In this document: positions 12,615 through 27,000 of the stretch, in pieces
Numbering within the stretch: position 1 is the stretch's first letter
Layout: each line of letters opens with the position of its first letter
Translations under genes and position numbers: made by a program
The notes under the pieces: generated by a model
What the model was told of the DNA's origin: nothing
Database searches by the model: none
Seen by the model: only the letters and a program-made list of their open reading frames with translations
Assembly: GCF_006345805.1 (NCBI RefSeq)
Contig: NC_042999.1
Location: forward strand, 61,132,001-61,196,000
Direction: 5' to 3'
Length of the DNA stretch: 64,000 bases
Source: Octopus sinensis
Lineage: Eukaryota

Positions 12615-12950
12615 TTTACATATTACTGTCATTCGACTGCCGCCATGCTGGAGCACCGTTTTGAAGGAACTTTAGTCGCACAAATCGACTCCAGGACTTA
12701 TTCTTTTTAAAAAAAACCAATACTTATTCTCTCAGTCTCTTTTGTAAACACACCAGCATCGGTTATCAGTGGTGCTGGGCAGACAAACACAGACACAATG
12801 ACATGCACACACGCATACACACACACACACACATACATACACACACACACATACACACACATATACGACGGGCGTCTTTCAGTCCAAGCCTAGGGGATGG
12901 GGCCATGCAGTAGGGTTAATCGCGCAAACGTGATTGGAAATCAAGCTTCC
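12615..12950 (-). mobile_element. SINE family 1, internally deleted
   Basis: Tail GCCATGCTGGAGCACCG, internal (CA)n, partial head. Confidence 0.75.
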
Positions 12951-13689
12951 TTTGAGCCTATTCATTAAAAATTATTTAAATTCTAATTATTTCAATTATT
13001 CTAATGCTTATTTAAATTCTTTCTCGAAGGTAGGAGTTGGTTTCTAGCAAAGATACAAGGCTCCATCGTTGGAATGTAGGTTAAGAAAACAATGTCACAT
13101 TTTAAACACGGGAAAATTCTTGCATATATTTACTATTCCACTTACAGGTTGTTTGTAGGTATATCGGTGTGTGTGTATGTGTGTGTGTGTTTCTTTGAAT
13201 ATCATTTAAGTTCTTGACAAACTTCAAACCAGTTACTAACAAAGCAACAAAACTTTTTTTAAGTTTAGAGGGTTCCCAGTGTTTGTAAGTATATGGTTGA
13301 GTTGTAATGTTAATGGAACTGTCGAAGTGTACACCCATATATGTGCATCTGTTCATACAAGAATCCCACACTAAGATTTTTGGGAAGGTCTCACTGTGTC
13401 ATTGATAGAGAGAATTTGAGGAATCTGCGTCAGTTTCTTTCGCTCTTTTTTTCCATGAAATTGACAATTTCTAGGTAGAATATATATATGTATGTATGTA
13501 CGTCATTCAGTTTTATTTCAAGATTTCTTGCCAATAGAGAAAGAACCGAATTCTAAGATACTTCCAAGATTTCTACACTGGAATTCAACAACCTTAATAG
13601 GCTATTTATGTATGTATATATTCTCATATATAGTCGCATGTCTAGATACACTCATATATACTTAAATGATGTATGCATGTGTGTAGCCA

Positions 13690-13872
13690 CTACACACATT
13701 TTGTCTCTCCTTATTTCTCTCCTTGTTTTTTTCTGTGTCCCTTTCTGTAGAAGAGCGTAGGCTCGAAACGTAAAAGACTGTTTCTATTCCTGAGCGTTAT
13801 ACTAATACATCTGTTTGTTTTGTACATCACCTGTCTTCGTCTCTTGTTTTTTTTTCGTAAACTCTCCCTATA
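13690..13872 (+). mobile_element. Short Penelope-like element carrying a minimal hammerhead ribozyme motif (13741-13776)
   Basis: CTTT-CTGTAGA-A-GAGC/GTAG/GCTC-GAAAC-GT-A-AAAG: stem I CTTT/AAAG, stem II GAGC/GCTC, core A6 substituted. Followed by (TA)/(TATG)n. Confidence 0.7.
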
Positions 13873-13875
13873 TAG

Positions 13876-13906
<31 letters not shown>

Positions 13907-13944
13907 CGTATGTATGTATGTATGTATGTATGTATGTATGTATG

Positions 13945-14041
<97 letters not shown>

Positions 14042-14299
14042 ATGGATGGATGGATTTATGTATGTAGGTACTTATGTATATATTTTGCTATTGATAGCGA
14101 CTATTTTTATATACATTGTTACTACCGTAGAACGAACACTATCCGAGCGTGTACGTGTATCATAGTGAGTGAGCATCACACTCTGGGAATTGTCGTAGCT
14201 TTTTATGTTATGATGGCATTTGGAAAATCATACATTCGTGTCTATTTTTGTACATTACCATAGTTTTGTGTACAATACACACACACACACACATACACA

Positions 14300-14404
<105 letters not shown>

Positions 14405-14429
14405 TATATATAATATTATATATATTATA

Positions 14430-14462
<33 letters not shown>

Positions 14463-15014
14463 ATTAAGTTAGAGAGAGAGAAAGATTACTCATAAATGTT
14501 TAAAGGTTTTCTGTTACATTTCCAATCATTTTCGCGCTATGATAAACTAATTTCCGTTTAAATATTAATTTCCGTTACTTCTAGCAATAAAATATTATAT
14601 TTTTTAAAAATTTTTGTTCTAAATCAAGGAGTAGAAAATTGAAATAAAATAACACAAAATGTCATTTCACTAGCTAAATCAAATATATATTCTCTCAGAT
14701 TTTTTTTTAGTATTGACAACTTCAACGTCACTCCGTTAAAAAACATTTTGATTATGCTTCAAAACTGCAGTGTATAAATACATCAAAACCTAGATTCAGT
14801 TTTGGAAAATAATATTCCACAAAGCATTTTCGCTGTTTTTACAATCATTTATTTTGTGTTATTATTATTCTAATTTCGGATTTTTGAAACTGTGTGAATG
14901 ATTCCATGGGTAGCAGGATAACGCTGCTACATGCATGCGTAGTGTTGCTTCTTCCGCTGTTTTTGCAGTTGTTCTTTAGCGGAGGACAGTCCTGTGGTGG
15001 AGTTGTTTTTTTTT

Positions 15015-15685
<671 letters not shown>

Positions 15686-16123
15686 TCTATGATCGTTGAT
15701 ATTTCGGCCATGTACATCCCGTTATTTGTACAATCATTGCATCCATAACATTATCCAATAATAACATTACTTTTCTAAGATAGTAGGATGTCATTTTGGA
15801 GGGTGCGACAGTTATTTCTAGTAGGTTGAGCGAAGAAAAGCTTATTTTTGTTGAACATGTCCACGATCATAATTTCGCTTGGTCAAGCACAACCCTACTA
15901 GGCTTTTGTAAAAAAGTATTCGAATAACACAATTCCCAAATCAAATTTAATTTGTAGGCGGGATACGCCTCCAAACAGCAATTCTCACAATTAAATGAGA
16001 AAAACAAAATGCTCTACTGAAGGCAGACCAAAGCCCAGAATCCAGTGAGGATTCCTTGCTTGTACAAAAAATAAATAGCACAAAAAAGGAACCCCACTGG
16101 ACCCAAAAAGCAAAAAGTCTTAC

Positions 16124-16183
16124 CTTACAGTAGGGCCTCTTTCATTAACAACTTTCGTCCATTGCAAACCAGCGTTGCGACTT
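16124..16183 (-). other. Candidate 60-bp exon
   Basis: Acceptor CTGAC..TTTTCTTCACTCACCTGTAG| and donor AAG|GTAAGA. One open frame: SRNAGLQWTKVVNERGPTV. No neighbouring coding exons found. Confidence 0.3.
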
Positions 16184-17866
16184 CTACAGGTGAGTGAAGA
16201 AAACTAAACGGTCAGAACCGGAAACGAGCATTTTACCATATAGCCACTTTTATTGTTTCTTTTTTTTTTTTCAGTTATTGAACATCAATCATGCTGAAGC
16301 GCGACGTCTTCAATTTTTAAACGATCAAATCACTGTCAGTACATATTTCAGCTCTGTTATTTAGTCTAGCGTTTTGTTGACTTTTTTTTGTCTTGTTTTT
16401 TTTTGTGTGGTGGGATGTTGTTCTGCTAATTTACGAAACAGAATGATTCTCACACCAATTGTCAAGCGGTAAAACAGAAGCTCGCATACATACATGCATA
16501 TGCATCCATACATGCAAACATACATATATATGCATACATACATCCATAAATACATATATATATATATATATATTTATTTATATTTATATTTATATATGTA
16601 TATATATATACATATATATATATATGCACACACATCTATAAATGCATATATACATGTATATGCATATACATACAGATATGTACATACATGCATACATACA
16701 TACACATATTCATACATACATACACACATACATACATACATACATACATACATACATACATACATACACACAGAGAAAGAGAGACATTATACACTTATCG
16801 GTCAGATTCGCTCAAAAGGTGTTGATCGAACTGGTATAATAATAGAAGACACTTTCTCACGTAGTTTCGTAACGGCCCTCTTAACCACATCCTGTTTTAT
16901 CAATATACTTACAGAAACAGAACTGTCAAATCTCTCCCTAATCACCGAAGAAAAATCATTCAGAAATCAAGGTGCAACAAATCTAGATCAAATCTAAAAA
17001 CAATTATTTGTCAAGAGAGTGATTTGTTACATTTTTGAACCTGGATAGTCGAATAAATCAACTCAATACTTGAGCTGTGCTTTATTTTAACTCTTTATAT
17101 AGGAAGGAAGGATTGACGACTAAGTCTAAAATACATTAAATAGAGCGCGGATATATGTTTTTTTTATTTTAATTATTCCTTTTACCCTTATTTATTTACT
17201 TGTTTTTCTTTTTGTGGAATTTTAGAGAAAAAATAATGGCACGTGTGACTCTTTTCAAGGACTCTATGACTGGTGGAAGAAATTACATATTCTCTAGCAT
17301 TAGACATGACCCAAAATTCTTAAAACAGAGTCAGCTCAGCTAAAGACAACAAAAGACACAGGGGTGGATTACAATTACAGATTTAAGAGACTCTAATTTT
17401 ATTAATAAAATATATAATTTTATTCCTTTTTTCCTCCCGTCTTTCTATCCTTAGAGAGAATGATACTTAGAAGAAGAAAATATATGTATAGCTGCTATAT
17501 CTATAAAGATATTCTAACTCTTAATAAACACAAATCAATCACGGATGCAGATTTATAACTCCATAATTAAAACTACAAAATACAAGATCAAGCATATGCG
17601 ATAAATGCGATTAAAATTCTATTAGATAGTGCTGGATTAACTATTTATCTATTTAGTCATAATTTATTTATTTACATTCTTATGAAATATTTTGCGTGAT
17701 CATCAGTACATTCTTTCGCTCAAAACTGGCTTTTTTAAATTTGTTTTGTTTTATTTTCTGAACGATATCTAAATTAAGGATTGTCTTCTCTGTGTTGTAT
17801 CAAATTCAATAGTTCAACAGTTATTTGCAGCAAATAGTTTACGATTCCTTAATTACCAACACTATA

Positions 17867-18107
17867 CTCTTTTACTCTTTTACTTGTTTCAGTCATTTGA
17901 TTGTGGCCATGCTGGAGCACCGCCTTTAGTCGAGCAAATCGACGCTAGGACTTATTCATTCTAAGCATAGTACTTATTCTATCGGCGTCTTTTGCTGAAC
18001 CGCTAAATTACGGGGACGTAAACACACGGTTGTCAAGCGATGTTGGGGGGAGAAAGACAGACACACAAACATACACACACACACACACTCACAACACACA
18101 CACACAC

Positions 18108-18158
<51 letters not shown>

Positions 18159-18326
18159 CATATATACGACGGGCTTCTTTCGGTTTCCGTCTACCAAATC
18201 CACTCACAAGGCTTTGGTCGGCCAGAGGCTATAGTAGAAGACATTTGCCCAAGGTGCCACGCAGTGGGAATGAACCTAGAACCATGTGGTTGGTAAGCAA
18301 GCTACTTACCACACAGTCACTCGCCT
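17867..18326 (-). mobile_element. SINE family 1, full length
   Basis: High similarity to the reverse complement of 27800-28288. Confidence 0.92.
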
Positions 18327-20269
18327 AAATTGTATATAACAATTTTAATCGTGAGCCAACGAAGGAACTTCTCTGTGAATAATCAACATGCTAAAAAAAC
18401 ACACAAATCTCCATCAAATCTATACGGAAGGGCATTAAAAGGAGAAAGATGCTTTGCATAATATAGTCTCGAATACATACATGGACGTGATGATCATGGC
18501 TGGGGCCTCTTTAGTCGTTTGTCGCTTCGATGAATTATGATTTGATGCCAGCTTCTGAACAGCAAGTGTTTAAATCGAGAGCCCTTCTAATCCATAATAC
18601 TAGCAATCAATTAACAGGCATATGCATCTCTTTTTGACAGAAACAACTGCGGAATTTCCTTTAGTTTAATTACATTCAGTAATCTGATACGAAAAACGAA
18701 TAATTTATACTGCAACTCACTCCTCTCTCCTTATGTTTTATTTATATTCTTTTTTTTTTATACAAATAAACGCCATTTTCATGTCCTATCCGTATGCGCT
18801 TTTACCTCCCTATCTAACTACCACGATCCTTCTCTCGCGTGCGGTGAAGGTTAAAAGTTAGCTAATCATCTCATGGCAACAAATACTATGGTATTTCCCA
18901 TGACATACCATTTCCAGTTGAATTTAATTATAAATACATTTCTCAGAAACGTATGCCAACTAAACTGATCCAGTTATTGCCAATCGAGCAAATCTATAAC
19001 CAAAAGATTTCAGCTGTGTCCACTATATTATACAATGAATCCAGGGATTTAGTTAACATTTTTATCAGGGCTCTACGGCCACGTAGGAAGCTACTTTCAT
19101 GGTGTGATTTGGCTGATATTTCTAGCTGGCCTTATGTCTGCATAGAAGGTCCAATTTCGCTCGAGTTCGTGAGTGTGTGATAACAAAATATAGTTTGATG
19201 GTTTTCAGAAATACCTATAACAATTTCATCATTAATCATACTCATACGTCGGAACTATTTTACCAGAGAAACCATAGTGCGATTATAAGGTTTGTGATTA
19301 AAGAACTATGCAAGTGGATCTCAGTCGAGGATGAATTGCCAATTGCCCTATCTGTTGAAATTAAGTTCTAATTGTATTAACGGGTAAGTGGTGGAGAAAT
19401 CAAAAACCCATTCATGACCTTGACGCAATCCACAAGCAGAGCCAACGTGAGCCTGTCACAAATGCAAGTCATTGGATTATAGGTAACTTCCATCTGACTG
19501 TACAGCAATCCGTCTCCCTAGTTTCAAATACAGACTCTAAGCTCACATCGCTGTACTAAACTTAAATTACTAAATATTCAGCTCAGTGGGACGAACCAGG
19601 ATACTCGTGATTGCAAAGCGAACTTATTAAGCCATTCAGTTTTGCTGCCTCTAGTTGCAATTTATAAGAGGTAACATTTTATCGAGAAACTATTATTTGA
19701 TAAAGCAGATATCATGTCATGTCAGACGTGTCCAATAACATGTATTCACAGCCAGCATGCTTAAGCAAAAGTTGTTACCATCGGAATATAGGAAGCCACT
19801 GGTGTTGCGAACACCCAGCCGAATAAGATTTCGTTATATGCAAACAGAATCAGTATTAGATTAAAATAGCTTAATATAGATCCGTCGTGACAAGCATTGA
19901 TTGGTTGGACATTTGATTTCTCCAATTACGTTTTGCATCGTTTACAAATGGGATAGAGAGATACAGAGGGAATTAACATGAAAGGTTCAGGATAAAGTCA
20001 CATACGAGGTTTCATGATAGGCAATGAGTGAAGAACGCTACACACACACACAGTGAGTGAAAAAATCATAAAGACGGAAGAGGCAGAACAGGGGGAGTAA
20101 ATGACAGTGTATTGAATATTTAGTAATAATTAGCGTACATTTAAACACCAAGATAATTGGTAAAAACTAAGCTATGATTATCGTGTGAATGAAATATTTC
20201 CCTATATTACCTATGGTGACAAAATGATAGTTCCAAAGTTACCTGCTATACGGTGGGTAGCACGCTATC

Positions 20270-20302
<33 letters not shown>

Positions 20303-20364
20303 TGTATGTATGTATGTATGTATGTATGTATGTATGTATGTATGTATGTATGTATGAATGTGTG

Positions 20365-20415
<51 letters not shown>

Positions 20416-20620
20416 GACAGATAGACTGAGAGACAGATATATATAGACAGATATGTAGATAGAAAGATAGATAGATATATTGATAGATAGATAAGCATAC
20501 AGATAGGTAGAGAGAGAGAGAGAGAGAGAGAGAAAGATTGAGACAGAGAGTAAACAATGAGAAAACAAAGAGAGACAGAGAGACAGGCAAGCAGAGAGAG
20601 AGGCAAGCAGAGAGACAAGC
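20270..20620. repeat. Compound microsatellite (ATGT)n-(ATCT)n-(GATA)n-(GA)n
   Basis: Read directly. Confidence 0.95.
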
Positions 20621-22600
20621 ATTGAATGACTAATTTACCATCCTTTTGTTTACCGGTCTTCATTGTGGAACTTAGATTAGAAGATATATTATCGTGCTAG
20701 CTCCATAGCAAAACTGATTGCATGTTTAATGCTGCAGATAAGTTCCTATATTTACTCAGATTAGTCATGACACGAACACTCCTTTAATTTATACATGCAT
20801 CGTGCATGATGTACCTGCCTTGATTTATATCTAAAAACGGAATTTTTGATCACAAAATAGTTATTTTGAATAAGAAAATAATGATTTCTGGCAAAGACAC
20901 AAGCGTACGCTTTTGCAGAGGAAAGTCTAATATAGTTGAATATATCGTCCCCATTACTTGATTGGTAGTATGTTTCGTCAGATCCGGGGAGAATTGAAGT
21001 CAGAAACTAAGGGACCGTAACTAAATATCGTAATGCATTTTCGCCGTTGCTCTACACATCCATCGCCCTTAATTAAGTAAATAACATTTACCCATTTATG
21101 CCTCTTGTATATTTGTACCCTGAATAGCTCGACATTTATATCCACGACAGAATAATACACTTTCCAATTATTGTAAGTATTACTATATAATTGATTTATC
21201 TCTGTATTTCTAAACTTAAAGCCATTGCTTCCATCTGAGACATAACCTTTCGTTTAAACATTGAATGCTACTTCGAAAAACATCGTGGCATAAATCAATT
21301 TATTATGCTTTTATTACTATTCTTTTACTCTTCAAAATAGCGATAGTGTTTTATTATGCTCGTTTCATTTCTCAATACACGGTTCAATATTGCATACGAG
21401 TAATTCCATCGAATAACAAAGCTGCCAACGTGTTTAATACTTCCTGATGTAAGAAAGTTTGGATAGAGGAAAAGTTATATTTGGAAATATGTCGATAATA
21501 ATATCATTCTGAACAATATCCATAAAAAAAAACACTTGTATTCATTCATATATTTTTGTTGGTATTTTTGGTGTCAAACAATTTGAACAATTAACGAACC
21601 TTGCTATCCATCCTTGTGTGTCTAAAAACAACATATGCTGTTCTTAATGGCACAAACATGGCAATAGAATTTTAAGAAATAAAAACAAAATCGATAGGCA
21701 AATGCTTTTTATATCATGCAGATTAATGGCCAGTAGAAATTTGACGAATATTATTTCTATATTTAATGTCGGCCTTATGGATAATGACGCTACTTTGTGA
21801 AATATAATAGACGGAGGAATATTATTTTTAAGCAAATCAGCAATTACTTAAAATATATGTAGATGTTGAAAGAGCCACAAATAGTAATTGATGAATATAA
21901 TGGTTTTTCACAGAACTACATTGCTGTGTTTCGTATTAGTACGTATGTATATATGTATATACATTTATGCAAATATATGCATATATGCTTCAACGTATAC
22001 ACGTTTACTTGTGTACACGTGTGGATGCTGTTGTGTGTGCTGTGCGTATGAGCCAGTCTGCATGTATAGCAAATAAGGTCATGTGAAATAATTAGTGAGT
22101 TCTTTCTTTGGTTGTGATGCAACTGATGAGATTTTATAAAAGGCTTAAAGCATTGTACCGACGGTAAATCAGATAGCTAGAACCTAGTTCTGTGTCTGCT
22201 ATATGAAATCCAGGTTGGTAGTTTATAGTCATAGAATATTTACTATTTCGGTTCAATGATGAGTTGCTCCCATCCACAATATCCTTTCCAGGTTTAGATC
22301 AATCATTCAACATATTCAGAGTTCTATGTCTTCTCTGTGAATACAGCTCATTATTGATGGGAGCATAACCACCATATCGTGTCGGGACTGCCTCTTTTCC
22401 AAGTATGTTGATCTGTTCTCTGTAAACTGACATGACATTTATTCGATCAACAACAACATTCAATAAAATAGTATTTCTTATATCGTCGACACGTTCTATC
22501 GTGTCAGTAATAAAATAGTACCACCGAGAGTATTTCTGTTATAGATTTCTATCACCACGTATCCTCACAAACAAGGATCAGTAAAGTTATTTTACATATC

Positions 22601-22814
22601 TCTTTTAATTGTTTCACTCATTTGACTGCGGCCATACTGGAGCACCGCCTTTAGTCGAGCAAATCAACCCCCAGAACTTATTCTTTGTAAGCCTAGTACT
22701 TATTCTATCGGTCTCTTTTGCCGCACCGCTAATTTACGGGGACGTAAACACACCAGCATCGGTTGTCAAGCGAAGCTGGGGGGACAAACACAGACACACA
22801 AACATTCACACACT

Positions 22815-22883
<69 letters not shown>

Positions 22884-23054
22884 TATATATATACATATAT
22901 ACGACGGGCTTCTTTCAGTTTCCATCTACCAAATCCACTCACAAGGCTTTGGTCGGCTCGAGGCTATAGTAGAAGATACTTGCCCAGTAGAAGACTGAAT
23001 TCGGAACCATATGGTTGGTAAGCAAGCTACCTACTACGCAGCCAATCCTGCGCC
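22601..23054 (-). mobile_element. SINE family 1, full length
   Basis: Tail TCTTTTAATTGTTTCACTCATTTGACTGCGGCC through head CCTGCGCC. Confidence 0.92.
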
Positions 23055-23724
23055 TATATGGGAATATTTTCCTTCAACATATCAAAAATGTTCGCCCAAT
23101 TATATACTGCTTAATACATAATAATTATTTAGTAGTGCTTCAGTAAATTTCTTCTACACTCGTCTTGTAGTCATTATTCTTAGAGACATCACTAACGACA
23201 ATTCTGCCTGGCTCTCTAAATTTCCTACACAAACAGCACTAGCGATGTTGGGAACGAGTTAACGCGCTTACCTACGTATATCGCTGAAACAGACATCGTT
23301 TTTTGTTCACGTTTTGATTTCTTTCGCGCTCCCCAGAGCGATTCATTAACCTGTTCGTTGCTTGGGTCATCTATACAGCCATACTACCTGCCGAATGTCG
23401 CTTTACAAACATTGGTTAACAAACGCCATCGATGAATTTCCTATTTAAAAAAAGTGTACATGTAACAGCAATCATCAATATTTTCAGCAATTACTCTCTT
23501 CCTTAAAATATAGACTCCTAACGTAAGAACAGATCCTCAAGTTTTATGGGAAAGTTAAATTCAGTTATGTCGTCCACACGACCTGTGGTTCAAAAGAATT
23601 TCTTCTATCCACTCGATAGAGATTAAGGGCAAATTTTTGTGTCAATTTGAGTGAGAACTCAAAAAAGTGTAATTAAATGCTACAAATTATTTTCCATCGC
23701 TCAATCCAAAGATTTTATAGTTTA

Positions 23725-23895
23725 TGCGTAGGAGTGATTGTGTGGTAAGTAGCTTGCTTACCAACCACATGGTTCCGGGTTCAGTCTCACTGCGTGACAC
23801 TTTGCGCAAGTATCTCCTACTATAGCCTCGGGCCGACCAATGCCTTGTGAGTGGATTTGGTAGATGGAAACTGAAAGAAGCCCGTCGTATATATG

Positions 23896-23962
<67 letters not shown>
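23725..23962 (+). mobile_element. SINE family 1, head half only, ending in (TA)n
   Basis: GCGTAGGAGTGATTGTGTGGTAAG..GAAGCCCGTCG(TA)n; no tail follows. Confidence 0.88.
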
Positions 23963-23963
<1 letters not shown>

Positions 23964-24082
23964 ACAATTGAGGGTAAAATTAATTAGTTATTAATCAATT
24001 TCACCAAGTATTCAGTATGTAAAAGGACCATTTAAGGCGAATTCAAAATATTACGTTATATAATTAGGGCTTAGTAAATTAA

Positions 24083-24161
<79 letters not shown>

Positions 24162-24170
24162 TGTTTGTTT

Positions 24171-24550
24171 GCAGGAGTGGGTGTGTGATAAGAAGCTTGC
24201 TTCCCGACCACAAGTTTCCGGGTCCAGCCCTACTTGCATGGCACCTTGGGCAACTGTCTACTACTACAGCTTCGGGCAGACCAAAGCCTTGTGAGTGGAT
24301 TTGTTGAATGGAAACTGTAAGAAGCCCGTCCTATATATATATATATATATATATATGTCTGTGTTTGTCCATCTACAATCGCTTGACAACCGATGTTGGT
24401 GTGTTTACGTCCCCGTAACTTAGCGGTTCGACAAATGTGACCGATAGCACAAGTTTCTAGGGTTTCAAAACTAAGTTCTGGAGTTCATTTCTTTAACTAA
24501 AGGTGATGTTCTGGCATGGCTGCAGTCAAATGACTGAAACAAGCAAAAGA
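24171..24550 (+). mobile_element. SINE family 1, near full length
   Basis: Head, internal (TA)n and tail present. Confidence 0.88.
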
Positions 24551-24588
24551 ATAGCAGAATACAAATACATATCAATATACACACACAC

Positions 24589-24619
<31 letters not shown>

Positions 24620-24796
24620 CATACATACACACAAACACATATATATAATATATATATACAGACACACACACACATATGTGTGTGTGTGTGTGTGTCTATG
24701 TATTTATCGATCTACCATCCAAAATTAAAAAATGGACTCTTCCAGTCTCACTTGTCTAGAAATGCCTACAAATGTCATGTGCCCTACAACTTACCT

Positions 24797-24952
24797 TATT
24801 TTTCGATGTTCTTCTTCTCCTTCTCTTCCTCCTCCTTCTTCTTCGTTTCTTCTTTTCCTCTTATTATTTTTCAGGTCACTGCCTGGAATCGAACTCGAAA
24901 TCTTGGGGTTAGTAGCCTGCGCTTTTAACCACTACGCCATATGACCGTGGGC
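24797..24952 (-). mobile_element. tRNA-derived SINE head with (AAG/AAT)-rich linker, 3' truncated
   Basis: Reverse complement: TATGGCGTAGTGGTTAAAAGCGCAGGCTACTAACCCCAAGATTTCGAGTTCGATTCCAGGCAGTGACC (A box TGGCGTAGTGG, B box GAGTTCGATTCC). Confidence 0.75.
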
Positions 24953-24956
24953 CCAA

Positions 24957-26630
24957 TCCGACGCAAATGGATTAAGGACTAATGGAAAATGTATGGCGAA
25001 TTTGAGGACGGACCTGACAGCATACGGAAGAAGTTTAGGGACAGTAGAAATTAGGAGGGACATTTTCCAAGAGGACTTCCTGTCCCCACTGATCTTTGTA
25101 CTATGCTTGATACCACTGACACTGATTCTGAGGAACGCAAAAGCTGGGTATGTTTTCAATAGCCGCCAACAAAAAGTCAACCATTTGTTATTCATGGATG
25201 ACTTCAAACTGCATGGTAAAGATGAAGCCCAAGTCAGTTCGTTGATACGGTGTATACCTTCAGTGCTAATATCAGAATGAAGTTCGGACCGAGAAAGTGT
25301 GGTGTGCTAATCTTGAAGAGAGGCAAAATCAAATGTATGAACGGGCTATAAGTACTTGGGGATATTAGAAATGGATAAATTGATGGAGAAATAAATGACA
25401 GAAAAATTTAAGGTGGAGTACTTGCGCAGACTGAGACTGCTCCTTAAGTCGAAATTAAACGGACGGAATAAGATCGAGGCTATCATCACCTGGGCGATTT
25501 CACTCCTGAGATATGGAGCAGGGGTAATCTCATGGACAGTAGACGAACCAAACAGCTTGGACAGACAGACAAGGAAGTTCCTAACTAGATATGGGTCACT
25601 CCACACCAAAAGTGACACAGACAGACTGTATATACACAGAAAAAGAGGGGAAGAGGACTGATTGGATGCGAACACAGCATTAAAGCAAAAGAAAACAATA
25701 TAGCATGGTATGTAAATGATGTTAGAAGTAAGAAGGTCAGGCTTGTGTAGAATGAAAGATTGCAAAGATAAAGCACTATACAAGAAACTGAAAATAGGTG
25801 GGTAAAGGAAAGAATGCATGGTCAATTTCATAGAGACGTTGAAGATAAGACATATAGAGAAAAAGATGGCTGTGGATGACTAAAAGTGATTTAAAATCGG
25901 AAGCGGAGGCTCTAATCTTTGCTGCCCAAGAGCAAGCACTACATAAAATACAGAATAGACAACACAGCAGAAAGTTATAAGCGCAGATCCTTTGGACAAA
26001 ACGGTGAAACCGTATGGCATATTACCAGCCAATGTACGCTACTAGCCGAGAAGGAATTTAACAGACGCCACGACAATATAGCCAGCTTGTCCATTGGACA
26101 CTTTGCCACACGTATGGACTTGACAGAGCAAAAAATTGGAATGACCACAAACCTGAAGGCATCGTCTAAAATAGAAATGCAAAGATCCTATGGGATTTTA
26201 TGATTCAGTGCGACCATGAGGTAGAGAATAGGAAGCCAGACATGTCTTAATTGAGAAAGAAAACGAACTATGATGAATCACAGAAATAGCATACCCAGCT
26301 GACAACAAGTTATGCGATAAGGAAGAAAGCAAAGTTGAGAGATACGACAGGTTAGCTTGGGAAGTTAAGCAGTTGTGTTCGATGAAAAAGATGGCAGTAT
26401 TATCAATAATTATTGGAGCCCTGGGAACAGTGAGCAAAAATCTCCAGAAGTACATGGAACAAATAGGGTCTGCGATAAGGGTGGAACACTTGCAGAGAAC
26501 AGCACTGCTTGGAACCGCTTGAATACTCCGGAAGGTGCTCGAAAAATAAGAGGTGTTACCTTAGTTTACTGGTAGTGAACAGCTGACACTGTAGTACAGC
26601 TCCAGCGTTAGAAGCTGTGCAAAGGCAATG

Positions 26631-26666
<36 letters not shown>

Positions 26667-26693
26667 TAATAATAATATAATAATAATAATAAT
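24957..26693 (+). mobile_element. 5'-truncated, frameshifted R4/Dong-clade LINE (RT, CCHC knuckle, PD-(D/E)xK RLE) with (AAT)n tail
   Basis: RT motifs DIFQEDFLSPLIF and NHLLFMDDFKLH; thumb KSKLNGRNKIEAI..DRLYIHRKRG; GETVWHITSQCTLLAEKEFNRRHDNIA; NRKPD..ITEIAYP..KVERY..IIIGALGTV. Stop at 26547-26549; (AAT)n at ~26627-26693. Confidence 0.93.
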
Positions 26694-26694
26694 G

Positions 26695-26808
26695 TTTCTT
26701 TATTACCCACAAGGGGCTAAACACAGAGGGGACAAACAAGGACAGACAAACGGATTAAGTCGATTACATCGACCCCAGTGCGTAACTGGTACTTAATTTA
26801 TCGACTCC
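26695..26808 (-). mobile_element. SINE family 2, 3' part
   Basis: Reverse complement of GTCGATAAATTAAGTACCAGTTACGCACTGGGGTCGATGTAATCGACTTAATCCG..TTGTGGGTAATAAAGAAA. Confidence 0.9.
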
Positions 26809-26810
26809 GT

Positions 26811-27000
26811 AATAATAACATCGGAAAATACCTTAGGAATGAGAATCCAGGTTCGAAATTTCCCTAAGACACCTGATGAAGGCTGGATGGTATATTAGCC
26901 GAAACTTTGTGATAACAACAAACAAGATGAGGACAAATATCCGGCAAATGTAAATAATGTAAATAATGTACATAATTCATCATCTCCTAAATATAGAACT
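26811..27000 (+). mobile_element. Penelope-like tail with minimal hammerhead motif (26868-26913)
   Basis: GACAC-CTGATGA-A-GGCTGG/ATGGTATA/TTAGCC-GAAAC-TT-T-GTGAT: core boxes intact, stems I and III partly mutated. Confidence 0.7.

Noticed and set aside
24870-24952. Functional tRNA gene
   Set aside because: Has A/B boxes but no proper acceptor stem or 3' end and runs into a SINE linker; treated as a SINE head.
25346-25831. 161-aa minus-strand ORF
   Set aside because: Antisense to the Dong-like LINE.
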